From NCBI GenBank assembly GCA_002189035.1, contig CM007990.1, positions 1,798,001-1,862,000 on the forward strand: DNA of 64,000 bases. Reading direction: 5' to 3'. Shown here in pieces: positions 24,425 through 36,906 of this stretch. The notes below the pieces were generated by a model that saw only the letters and a list, made by a program, of their open reading frames with translations, searched no databases and was not told where the DNA came from. How positions within the stretch are numbered: the first letter of the stretch is position 1; every line of letters begins with the position of its first letter. Source of the stretch: Utricularia gibba. Taxonomy: Eukaryota; Plantae; Magnoliophyta. Position numbers and translations under genes: made by a program.

Positions 24425-25297
24425 GATTCGTGACGGCGAATTCCGATCACCAGGCAAAAGCACAAAGCACTTCTTTGGGCGATGTACGAGAAAAACAGGA
24501 GATAGTGGAAGGACTAACTGATCCTGATTAGGGCGTCTGAAATGGATGGTGGAGTGAACTGCAATTCACATGATTTTGGGGGGCCTACAAGAAAAACTGT
24601 TTTTTATTCTTGGAGATGATGTTGTAAGAATCATTACACTATATTACATAAATGTCCATATATAAACATAAAATAACAAGAGTGGCAGCCGCCAGCGACC
24701 GCAAATCCGATACACATATATATAATAGCATTTATATAAGATAATGAATGGGAAAAGACAGGAGAGCATACCAACGGCTCCCCTCGACAAAATATGATTA
24801 GAAATCCCCGACCCGACCCGACCCTTATTACGTCCCCTCCTGGTTTTTATATACAGAGTGCAGCAGAACAATCCCTGCTTGCAAGCGCCACCAAGTGTAC
24901 CCCCACCAGCTGGTAGCTCCTGCCACCGGAGGCTCATCTCTTCCGGAGAGAGTATGCAACAAAATTTTGTCCGACAACTCACTAGCTCTATAGACCCGTC
25001 CAGTAATACTGTCATTCCAAAACTGAGATTTTTGTCAAGTGTTGATAAGGGGGTTGATGCACCCCTAGCTGACTAAGCGGAGATCTTGTTTTTGGAGCGG
25101 TTCTTGTGTGGTTCTTTCTTGTCAACATCGCCACGCGGATGGTGAGATGCCCTGCAGAAATAATGAAAAGTTGTAATCTTTATCTCCGATCATCTGCATA
25201 TTCAAAATGTCGAAATCATTCAAAGCTCCAAATCAGAAAGCCTGGTTTCATTTACAACAGCAGGTGCACCGCAAGTAGATGGTGTTCATTTAACTCA

Positions 25298-28200
25298 TCA
25301 AATGAAGATACCTGCGCGAGGTCTAAAACATGACAAAAACAAAAACAAAAAAAAACAAATCGTTTTATCGAAATGCAACTGAAAGGACTACGAAAACTGT
25401 TCCTCACCCATGAATATCTCTAGTTGGTGCAGAAGCAGACAAAGTCTGAGCAGTAGCAACACCAAGTGTACTCCCAAATACAACGCCAAGAGAGTTTAGG
25501 GCACTGTCATGAGCTCTAAAATCCTCATGACCATCCCGTAATTTATGCATCTTTATTGTGCTGTTTTTTTGTACACACGATGACTCAGATTTATTTTTGT
25601 CAGGGTCAACAGAACTCGACTGGCTTGCCACTGCTTCTTTAGCATATAGGAATTCTGATGCATCGTCACCAGCCTCAGTCGTGTGACTGACCTGTAGAGT
25701 AATTTATTTTACTGCAATTCTAGTGATAAATATTGCAATCTAGTCAAGCTTCACAAAAAAACGTGGCCATCATATTCCAATTAACTTTAGGTCAAAAGGA
25801 CTGTCATGCATTACGACTAACTTTAGGTCAAGGACTCAGAAACGCCATCCTGCAACGAATCATATTCCAGTAGAGAGAAACTTCCCAGCCTTGAAAAATC
25901 CTAACTGAATGGAGGATACTATGCAGATCTTAATGTAGGAGAAAGGATGTCCGTTTCTACCTGAGCGACGACAGAAAGTTCTGCAGCAATTTGGCCGTTA
26001 AAATTGATCTTATCTTCCACTTTGTCAACCCTGAAACGGCAAATACATGTATATTGCACGCATTGCTAACAAAAATTTCAAAATGAGCTAAAAACAAAAG
26101 GAGCTGACTTGTGGTAATCTTAAGAATTGACACCATGCAGTTACTCAACCGGAAGAGAATACAAAGGAGCAGCAGTGAACACAGAAGTACCTTCTTTTAT
26201 TAGAAGAAACGGTATGCTTCGACATTTTTTTATTTGACTCCAGATCCTTGTCATGCAGACATGTTGTTGAAAACTTATCTGCCAAATCCATATTCATAGT
26301 CTCAACTCCACTCTGCAAGCCTGAGCCCCTGGAGATTTCACAACTGGTTAATTTCTTGGAATCAAGTCCACTAGATGATTCCAATCGGTTTGTTTCAGAA
26401 CTATGTAGAGAACCGCTATACATAGTTTTGAGATTATCCAACTCAAAATTAGAGTTGTGATTTTTCAAAGAAATATCAGCTCTATTTGTTGGTTGAAGTT
26501 CAGGCATACTCTGCTCCAAATCAGAACTGGCGGATTTTTGTAAGGCATTTTCACTAGCTGATGACGGATCCACATAAGAATCTGTTGTTCCCACAAATCC
26601 ATCTCTCTTATTCTCATCAGAATCATCCATTTTCACGGTAATTTTGGTTAGAGAAGAAGATGTAGTTATTAGAGGTGCCTGAACCCACTTTGACCACTCA
26701 TCACGTCTCCTTAGGTTCTCGCCCTAGAGAAATTGAAACCAGAAAAAATAACTCAATAGTATCCAAAGAACACAAAGGTTCCCAACGAAATGATGAAAAC
26801 AAACCAACCTGAATTTCAATGGTATCCGAAGCTTCCAACGCATCTAATATAAAAGGTATTCCCAGATTCAACCTCCTCACCTGAAATTCATTTGAAGACA
26901 GATCATAGTAATAACATACTTCAGGACTTCAATTAAATTAAGGTAAAACATACGAAGCAATTGACACCTACAAAAGGGAGAATGGTAGAGCAGCGGTCAT
27001 GTTACTATATTTGTCATACAGCCATAACACATTCTTGCAATAATCAAAAAAGATAAACAAGTGAAGGATACAAAAGAATCAGCAAATGAATTACCCGGTT
27101 AAAGTTTGCAATACGTGAGATGTGAACCCATCCCTCGGAATCCATCAAGGATCTTAAGTATTTATCACCAGAAAGATTTTCATCACTGTAAAAATGACCA
27201 GGTAGCATATAATTATGATTGAAAAATTTAAATACCAAAAAATCCAAGGGTAAAAACTCTCATATGGGGGTCATCACAGCCTAACCACAAGTATATCACA
27301 CGAAGATTCTATTCATGAAAATGATGTTCTCCTAAAATAGGTTTCTCGAATTGCAGTCATAAAATTTTTTTTTCTTTCGTAAAAAAAGAGCATTCCCTAG
27401 ACCTTGTTAAATTATTTCACCTAAAAACCAGAGATTCCATATTTTTTTGAGCACCGAGGCATTCAATACTAAAAAACCACTAATCCCCTTGGGACGAATT
27501 CTTCAATTTCATGCCCTTTTTAGCAAAAAGAATGCCAAAATAGTATATGCATATGATGGAAAATTCACCAGAAATAATATTCTATCTGCTTTCTGACTGC
27601 TTCTCTAGAGTCATCCGTTGGATATGATGGCACAGGCACTGCTGTATTCATTGCATATGATTCTACATGTGGTGGCTGAGGTGCTCGAACAGCCCCAGAG
27701 TGCGGAGCAGGAGCAGGGTAATAATAAAGAGCTGGAGCACCTATGTCATAAATAATGCACATACTTTATTCTATGAGGAACAACATAACATAGGATAAGG
27801 AGAGCAATGAACACAGACATATCATTTTGACAAGCCTATGATTTACGGAAACTGAGTACCTGGGCTGACACCAATGGGGGCAAAGTAAACAGGCCTAGAA
27901 AAATGTCTGAATCCCATGCTATGTTGTAAATACAAATCATTAGAAACAGCCGCTGGTCGCTGGTTATGCCACATCGTTGCTGGTGGGCCACCAGGCTCTT
28001 TTGAATTATCCATCCTTCCATTGTAAGCGGGATCATGAGCACTCACCTCAGGGTGAACCGTAGGATGGAATGCTGCGCTTACAGGTGGCATAAAAGCTTG
28101 TGCGCCATCATAGGAACCAGAATAAATGGGAAAGGGATATCTAGGCTCAGGACCAGGAGCAATGGGAGGCACTGGATGCAAATACGGAGCAATTATGGGT

Positions 28201-28865
28201 GGGTGATAAATTGGGAAAGGAGGAAATCGAGGGGCCACATTTGAACGACTCTTAGCTCCACTCTTGTTTTGATTCATAGAGTAGGGTCTGCGGTTGGATC
28301 TCGCATTGCCACCACGTCCGTGGAATTTCTGGTGTTCACCAGTGGGCTGCAAGATGACCGGTAAGCCACAGAATCAACGTTTGAAATACAGTCACTGAAA
28401 GATACTCAAAAGCATGGGCTGACTCGCAAGTTCAATTGCATACAACATAAAATAACTCAAAAGGGAAGAGAAAGAAACTGTGATTTGATTGATCTGTTTA
28501 AACTAGAAATCATCATGAATACTGGAACTGGGACACAGTAAAATACTAGTTATCGGGAGGATCCTTGGCAAAATCCAAAAGCGGAATTTAAGAAGATGTA
28601 ATCCTACCTGAGTAGGAATCTCCGCGGGGGCAGTCGTATCATCAGCATCGACTTGAGAAGACAAATTGGGGAACTGGGTTGGGTTCGAACCCACAATTTC
28701 ATTATTCTTGACGCGATGCTGCCCGAGGGAAAGCGCTGGCCATGACTCTGAATCTGCCTCGGTCACGGCAGTAGCAATCGAGGTCTTCCACGGCGATTTC
28801 GGCGCCCCATATGCGGATTCGTTCTGATCATCACCCCCAACAATTCCAACGTTTCCCTCCGTCAT
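25298..28865 (-). CDS. La-related protein, LARP1B/C-like (La motif, no DM15 seen); the 3' end is uncertain (stop at 25298 if intron 25323-25407 is spliced, 25404 if not)
   Basis: N-terminal PKSPWK and ESWPALS motifs; Pro-rich region; La motif VRKQIEYYF(C)DENLSGDKYLRSLMDSEGWVHISRIANFNRVRRL...FILDALEASDTIEIQGENLRRRDEWSKW. Confidence 0.88.
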
Positions 28866-29028
28866 TTCGACTACGCCTCGATGCCTATCGGTCGTACCGA
28901 GATCGAAATTGAAATACGATTTTGTTTCAACAAAGAGCCCAAATTCACGATGAACAGCCGACGACGGCAGCGGCGGCTAGGCAATGGACGGCGAGAAGTT
29001 GTGCAACTGTAGAGAGGGCAACCGGAAG

Positions 29029-29036
29029 TAGGGTTT
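29029..29036 (-). promoter_or_regulatory. Telo-box (AAACCCTA) in the 5' region of the LARP gene
   Basis: tagggttt at 29029-29036, about 165 nt upstream of the ATG. Telo-boxes are common in plant translation and ribosome-related genes. Confidence 0.5.
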
Positions 29037-29421
29037 CCAAATAATGTTTGCCTAATCAGTCCTTTGTGCAACATACCACGGACCCATAAGTTTAAATATT
29101 GAATATTGATTAAATATCTATAAATTGGAAATAAAATCAAATCAGATTCTTTGGATATGATATTGTTCAAAATAATTTCAATATAATATATCCATTTTAT
29201 TTCTCCATAATTCTTTTGTTATTAAATTATAAATACTATTACTTTACAATAAATCAGTAATTATATGAATATTATCTTAAATTAAATCGGAATTTCACTG
29301 GATTCCCAGAATCGGGATCTTGAAACCGACCAGAGGCAGGCCGCAGCCTCCATGATGTACACCACACTGCACCGCCCTGCGCCGCCATACTCATTCGCCG
29401 TTCCACGTTAGCGAACAAACG

Positions 29422-32400
29422 TCAAGTTCCTGCTGCAGCCGCGTCTCCCGGCCCCGCCACCGTGATCTGCTCCAGAGACACGACAAGATGGATATATAAG
29501 ACGATGATGAAATTGCAGTTCCGGAGTTCAATTGGGGAAGCATCCCGTATTGACTCACATTGCAGTCTAGGGCGTATCTTCGTGCGAGCATTATTGCTGT
29601 GTTTCGTTCTCGGTCCGACTCGAATGCTAGCACAAAGGAGAGCCCAGTTTTGGCTTGCCAATATGCTGTCTGAGCAGCTGCGCTTCCTTCACCTCTGATC
29701 CCACAGAACTGATCATAAGACAAAGCAAAGTGTATTTCAGGAACGGGGGGAATGAAATCCATGTCTGGTACAGTGAGCTGCCTAACGCTACCTGCATGGT
29801 ACTTGAGTAGTACTCCTTGGCATTCACGGCTTTCCCTTTGCGGAGCTTCATCCCCATCTTCCCTATATGCAGAACGTGAATGGATTCCTGTAACTGATTT
29901 TTTCCGTTCAGTTCAATGACAACCACCTGCAGTGCAGCACATTCATCGGGTCACGCACTCTGAAGGTGATAGAGATGCAACTTCTGTGTAAATTCTCATA
30001 CTGTAAATTCAGTTTCATGTCTCCGCACAAGGGCTTCCACATAGTTCCCCAGTCCGGGAGCTGTCAGGAAAAGAGCATCATTATTCAGAAAAAGCATGTG
30101 CAGAATGAAAAGAACCAGAAATATGATGATTAAGGGACCAGACCAGGATCAATAGAGCCAGATGTTGTTACTGTTGCTGTCATGTCATCAGCAGAAATAT
30201 CAGCCAGGAGAATTCGTCCAACATCACACGGTTCGGGCGCATATGAGGATTTATTGGCCCCTGCCATTCAGGAAGGCGGTTGACACAAACTATGCAACAA
30301 TGGTGTACAGTACAAGAAATATCATCGATTCTTGCCTATGTACCTGAAATAAGCTCCTTCTCACAATTCCCTGGAGTCAAACGGTACCACTGGATGGTAC
30401 AATCCAAAAGGTCTGGAGCACCATCAAGAGCATATATTCTTAGACATGAACCCAGAGATTCAGTACCATCTATTTCATAAAAACGAGATATGAGCTTATC
30501 TCCCTCCTTGCATGTTGCCAGCTGGAATATAATTTCAACTTTGAGCAAGAAGCTTTGTAGATCCACATTGAAACCATGGCAAGCAGTGGGCTCAGAATTA
30601 AAAAGAGGATAGAATACCATACAAGGGGTAAAATAACAAGCAGTGGGGTTCAATAGAATAGGCTGGTCTATCTATTTAATAGGATATAACCTCTTTCTGG
30701 AGCATTAGTGAATGCTTTGACTTCTCATCAAGTTGAATCCTTAGGGCGCGAAGCTCATGTTCCATGTCCATGACCTGAAAAATGGTATTTCCCACGAGGG
30801 AAAAGATTAGAAAATCGAAGTCAATTTGAAGAAACACAATTTGCTAGACTGAATAAGCAGATGCGAAAATAAATGAGATTGTTTCTGTCCTGCAGAGTAG
30901 CACATGGTCTAGACAACTACCCGACTTGGCAGATGCAGCATTTTGACTCGTCTAGCTTCTTGCACTTCCTTCATCAATTCTTCCACATCCTAATTTTGTA
31001 GACAACACTTTGAAGTTTCGCTGAAAGCCTGTCTTAAGTGTTTGTGTTTTGATGAGAATGAAAATTTCAAGTTTGACCTGCTTTCCTGACACTTTAGACA
31101 TCCTCTCATGCTCCTGAAGAGCCTCCTCTACTCTCTGAACTGCTGCTCGAGCATCCTCAATTTCAGCCCTTGCGAATGCTCTCTCTTCATCAACAAGTCT
31201 TTTGGCATCTTCTGAAGCCTGTGGAAAAGTATATTTTAAACTAAATGCAGAATTTTAAAAGCTAGCATTGGGGAGATGGAAGAAACTGTAAGAATAATTG
31301 GCATATTATTAGATCTACCTGCTTCAAGAAAGCTGCAAGCTTTTTTACTTCCGCTTTCTCTTGTATCAGCTTGTCTTCTCTTTGCATTAGCTGAGCCGCT
31401 AAAGCTTCCAGCTGGGAACATTGTACAGAAAATTAAGTGTTAGATAGCACTGCATTGGCAGTAGTCACTGAAACTTGATGAAGACATCAAAACATGGACC
31501 ATCCGTAATCCTAAAAAGTATTGGGTTTATCCTTAGTTATGGCCTATATTTCCCCACTGAGATTTTCCATAGTGGCTCTTTCAATATTCGTTTATCATAT
31601 CTAGTTTAAAACGTGGTTTCTCATTCATATATGCTCAATATCTGCATTTAGATTCTATTCTAAATCTCTAAATTGAATTCATAATCCAAAATTATCCATC
31701 TCTTAGGCGACTTGATTCTAAAGAAGCTAGCAACAAAACAAGTCCATGAACAACTCAATGCCGCAGGCCTTTCAGACAAGCTCTGAGAAACAAAATAAGT
31801 ACTCAAATTGATAGCTAAGCTACGAAATCACTAATGAAGGACTTAGTTAGATCAATCACGAAGATGGAGAATAACAAACCATAAGTATAGCTTCTTCAAC
31901 ATCATCTTTATTTCTGCCAGCAACACGCCCTTTTAAAGCTTCAAGTGCATCTTTTAGCTTTTTCAGAAGTACATGTTTCTCCAATGAGGCAGCCTCCCGA
32001 AGCGTTGCCTAGAAACAAGAATAATGAATCTGATAACCAATCAGATGAGTAACATACATCAGTACGAATTACTTCTTAATCATACATGATTCCTGATCAT
32101 GTCCTATTCAAAGCACTAGAGAAGATCAACATAAATGGCAACAACTAGCAAAGTACGCTAAGCCTTCCCAACCCGCTGTAGTGAGGTCACCCAAAAAATC
32201 TAACCTCATCAGACAACTTTGCTGCAGCAGCCAAACCTTTCTCAAATTTGTTAGCAAGATCACGCACAGAAAGTCTTTGCTGCTGCTTCAACAATAACGC
32301 AGTTTCTTTTGCCACCATTTCTTTCATAGACGAGAGTTTGGGTCGCTCCCTTATCTCCTGGATCTGATTGTCAGATCCATGTATATATTTTGGAAACCAA

Positions 32401-32486
32401 GTGGATGCAAATACCACATCTGCTGACACGGCAGGCACAGCATCCTTCTGCGTCATGTAACTAAAGCCTCGACTCAATCTTGTCAT
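29422..32486 (-). CDS. SCAB: Stomatal closure-related actin-binding protein (SCAB family), multi-exon
   Basis: SMKEMVAKETALLLKQQQRLSVRDLANKFEKGLAAAAKLSDE, REAASLEKHVLLKKL, coiled-coil exons, Ig-like IQWYRL...YAPEPCDVGR, and PH-like FCGIRG...LAFESDRERNTAIMLARRYALDCN. All exons join in frame. Confidence 0.93.
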
Positions 32487-35112
32487 TGTATATTCCTGGT
32501 AAATTTTCCAGAACAGCTCCAATAAGATGTTCTGGGAGGTTTCTGAATGTGTTATGACTACACAACAGCTTTATTGAAGGACAACACGAGGCCAGCTACT
32601 CATAACAATTAACAATCATAAATGAAGTGGTCCATCAAGAGAAAAATTCACAGAACAGGGATCATTTGACAACTCTCGAAGCTCAAATGCATAAAGCAAC
32701 AAAAAAGAGAAAATTTTACCCCAGGTGAATTGTACTCTCTGGATGCTGATGCTGATCAATGGGCAAATTCATGTGTTGGAAGATGAAGAAGTGTAAGTAA
32801 CAAATAGAGCAAATGAACAACTTCTACTCAAAAGTTTTTTCATTCAAATAAATAATCAGATCAACAAAGACGGCAGCTATTCCAGAAATTCTTAATCTTT
32901 AGGAAAGGCAAATCACAGCCACCAAGACGATCAGATGCTATATCAACTCGAGCCCGGAGTTATTTTCAGAGAGCGAGTGAGAACAGGAGCAAAAACCAAT
33001 GACTATTGGGAAAACGAAAGCTAAATAAAACAGAAACAACTAATCCAGACAAGAGCAAGCTCACAGATAATGAAAAACGGCGACCTGAACGCGACTTATT
33101 TGTCCCTCTTCCAAAAGTCGGAGAGTAGATCAGAAAACATATTCAAATTCATACCATATGTGCGTATGGAATTTTTATGAACACCCAAATAGGGAAGCCG
33201 AATGCAAGTGAAAAAGGTAATTCTTTACCCAACTTTACGAAAAGCTAAAGGAACGGAAGAAAAAAACATGTCGCTCTACTCCATTCTTGCTAGTCAATCC
33301 ACACACAAGAATACGGCAACAAGCACCGTGAAGTGGGGTACTGCAGATGGGCTTTAAGGGAACCGATTCAAGTCGCTCTGGCATTCACTTTCATGGGTCC
33401 AGCTACCCTCATTCTCCAGGAACACAGTGACTGCGGTGGCCCCCTTCTTGTTTCGGAGGAAGTCTCCATGAAGAACTCAAGATACTGACAGGAAGATCAA
33501 ATCCAACTTGTTCGGAGTGGCATTCGATCAATGGCCGTGAAGGGACAACGCCGAATAAACATGCGATCAACGGCAAATCCGGCCTTCGCGTCAAACTTCT
33601 CTTACTTTCACTCAAGTTGCTTCATTCTTTGTAAATTTGAGTGTAAAGTTGCCACAGATTCCCAACGGTTTTTTGAAACTATTGGTTTATAAAAACGTGG
33701 TTTAATAGTGATTTCGATTTTAAACCTAAATCGTATAGACATTCATATTCTCAAATCAAACCGGAACCTAAATCATGGATTCGGGTCGAACCAATTACAA
33801 TTATATTTAAATATATCATTTAAATATAGTTGTTTTATGAATGTTTTATTAAATACAATTATTTAATAAGAAGTAATTGAACTTAAAATTAGTTTTAGAC
33901 CAATTTTAATTTTGTATGCCTAAGAAAAAAAATGTGTTTTATATTAAATTTTCCATATAATTTATCTAACATAATTAGATATATTTATTAAAATTTTAAA
34001 TTTAAATTCATAAATTATATTTTATCCTAAACCATATATAATTAACACTCCAAATAACCTACCAAATGCATAATTAGAATTTAAACCATTGTGGTTTAAG
34101 TAAATCATCAGAAGAATGATTTGTTGGTAATCATCTATTTGGTACTTGAGTTATAATTATTTGAGATTAGTAAAATTGTTAGAAATATTTAAAAATGAGT
34201 ATTTGTGAATAAATAATCAGATTTTCAAATACACCATCACTACATATATTGTATGATGAATTTACCTTTATTAAAACACATAATTCTTATGCAATTACAC
34301 ATCCCAATCCCTAAATTCCATAAACAATTATTGGAGATTTTCCACAAGTTGCTAGTGGAAGAGCCTTGCAGCTAGGATTAGTGGCTAACTGTATATAATT
34401 TTTAAATAGTAAGAATTAAGTCTATTTAATATTTAAATATTGGATTAAATATAAAATTTTAGGAAATAATTATGGTCAATACTAAATTGTGAAGACTAAT
34501 TATACTCAACAGAAAAAAACTATGCAATTTATATTCAATAGTGGTGACTAATTTTTGCAACATGTTAAATATTGAGTATGTTGGAGCAATTCACTATAGA
34601 GAACTTTCTCTCTCATATTTCTGTACATATTTGAATGATTTAAAAAAGTCATTCTCTAATTGCAAATCTTTTATGATAGTGATTGACTTAAATTCAAATC
34701 GTTTTAAAATTGAAAAAAAGTTCATCGCGATTCAATAATAATTTGATCATGGTTCAGTTATGATTTAATCATGATTTGATTTTTTTATTAGAAAAAATAT
34801 TAAAAAACCGCAATTGAAACGTTCAAATCTCAATCATTTATATAGGTGATTTTTTGACAATTTAAAACAGTGATGTTGATAAAAGAGAATTGAATAAATA
34901 ATTGAAAAGCAGAAGTCATCATTACAATTTGATTTTTTTAAGCAAGAATTGATTATGTCGCTAATTGCTAGGCGTTCGCCCTATTGAAATCTGGAAAGTT
35001 CTAGGTCCTTCGAAAAGATACAACTTTATTCCCCCTTGAAATAGCTCTTCGTTGGCACTGACTAGGTTTGGACGCAGAGATCGCTAGAGAGTGAGAGTGT
35101 GTACTAAGAAAT

Positions 35113-36906
35113 ATGGGTGTGGATTATTACAAGATACTGCAGGTTGAAAAGAACGCAAACGATGATGAATTGAAGAAAGCTTACAGAAAGCTTGCGATGC
35201 GATGGCACCCCGATAAGAATCCAAACAATAAAAAAGATGCCGAGGCCAAATTCAAGCAGATTTCCGAAGCTTATGAGGTATGTGCGCTCTTTTCCGAGAT
35301 TATCATCTCGTTGCTTTATAATTCTTTTACTGATTGTGGCAATTTCGCAAGGAAAACCCGTTTCGAGTAGTAGCATATCTTAAAGGTATCAATATGATGA
35401 GGTAATTAATGACGGTTTCTCTAGATCTTAGAACCCCAAAAAACATGTTTAACGTTGTTATTGGGGAGATACCCTGATTGTTAACTGGTCCTGTTTTAAC
35501 CATTTTTCGTGATGAGAGTAGATGGTTTATTCTGAGATGTTTTCTCATTTCTTCGTGTAAAGCACTGGAGAAGCTAAAGTTTGAAACTTGTGCAGGTTCT
35601 GAGTGACCCTCAGAAGAGGACCATATATGATCAATATGGTGAAGAAGGCTTGAAGGGTCAAGTGCCGCCTCCTAATGCAGCCGGCTCTGGTGGATCAACA
35701 TTCTTTCAAACAGGAGATATTCCGAGCTCGTTTAGATTCAATCCGAGGAATGCGGATGATATTTTTGCCGAGTTCTTTGGTTTTTCAAGCCCGTTTGGTG
35801 GAATGGGAGGTGGTAGTGGAATGAGGGGTGCTTCGAGGATGAGTCCAATGTTTGGGGATGATATGTTTGGTTCCTTTGGTGAGAATCGACCTATGAGTTC
35901 TGGCCCTAGAAAGGGTGCACCCATTGAGCAGAAGTTGCCTTGTAGCTTAGAAGAGCTCTGCAAGGGCACCACAAAGAAGATGAAAATCTCTAGAGAGATA
36001 TCGGATGCTAGTGGGTACGTTTCGTATTCCTTTATTCCTTTAAAATTCATCTCTGTTGTCGATACTTTCTTACTGCTAACTTCTTGAAAATGTATCATTT
36101 GGGAATTCTGTTATTCGTTCATGTGAATTAGCTCTGTTGTTGTTTGACTAGCTTGTCTATTTGCTGCCAAAGTCATCATAAATTGCTATCCGGAAAATTT
36201 CCTTGGCAGAATGAAATCATTAATCCAATCGTAGTTCCCTCATTTCGGTGATGCTGGATTTCTGTCAATGATGTATTTGCAGACAAAGTTGTCATAAATT
36301 CCCGCATTGATAACTTGCTTAGCGTCATTAATCTAACTGTATTTTGTTGATGCTGGATTCCCACTAGTAGTTTGTCCAGATGCTGCCATAGCTGTGTTGA
36401 AGTCTTATTTGGATAATTTTGATTGGCCTGTTGAAATCATTAATCTAATTGCAATGGCTTCCATTGGCAGGAAAACTCTACCTGTGCAGGAGATTTTGAC
36501 CATCGATGTCAAGCCTGGGTGGAAAAAAGGGACAAAAATCACATTCCCAGAGAAAGGAAATGAACAGCCTAATGTGATCCCTTCAGATTTAGTATTCATC
36601 ATCGATGAGAAGCCTCATAATTTATTCACAAGGGATGGGAATGATCTGATCTATACACACAAGATAATATTAGCAGAAGCTCTAACAGGCTGCACGGTCC
36701 AAGTCTCCACGCTTGATGGGAGGACTTTGACAGTACCAATCAACACAGTGGTTCATCCAAACTACGAAGAGGTAGTTTCTGGAGAAGGGATGCCATTTCC
36801 TAAAGATCCCACAAAAAGAGGCAACTTGAGAATCAAGTTCAACATTAGATTTCCAACAAGGTTGACTGCAGAGCAGAAATCTGGTATCAAGAAATTGCTC
36901 CCCTGA
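35113..36906 (+). CDS. Class II (DNAJB-type) HSP40 co-chaperone; 3 exons (35113-35277, 35596-36014, 36471-36906)
   Basis: MGVDYYKIL...[12 protein letters not shown]-domain, G/F-rich linker, C-terminal domain [21 protein letters not shown]...[20 protein letters not shown]. Confidence 0.96.

Noticed and set aside
27064-27071. GTATCCTT (U12-type 5' splice consensus) on the minus strand in the LARP gene
   Set aside because: It lies about 25 nt inside an intron whose in-frame GT donor follows NFNR; it is not at an exon boundary.
27565-27600. La motif reads YYFC rather than the usual YYFS
   Set aside because: A single conservative-looking change at a splice junction; the rest of the motif is intact, so there is no basis for a functional claim.
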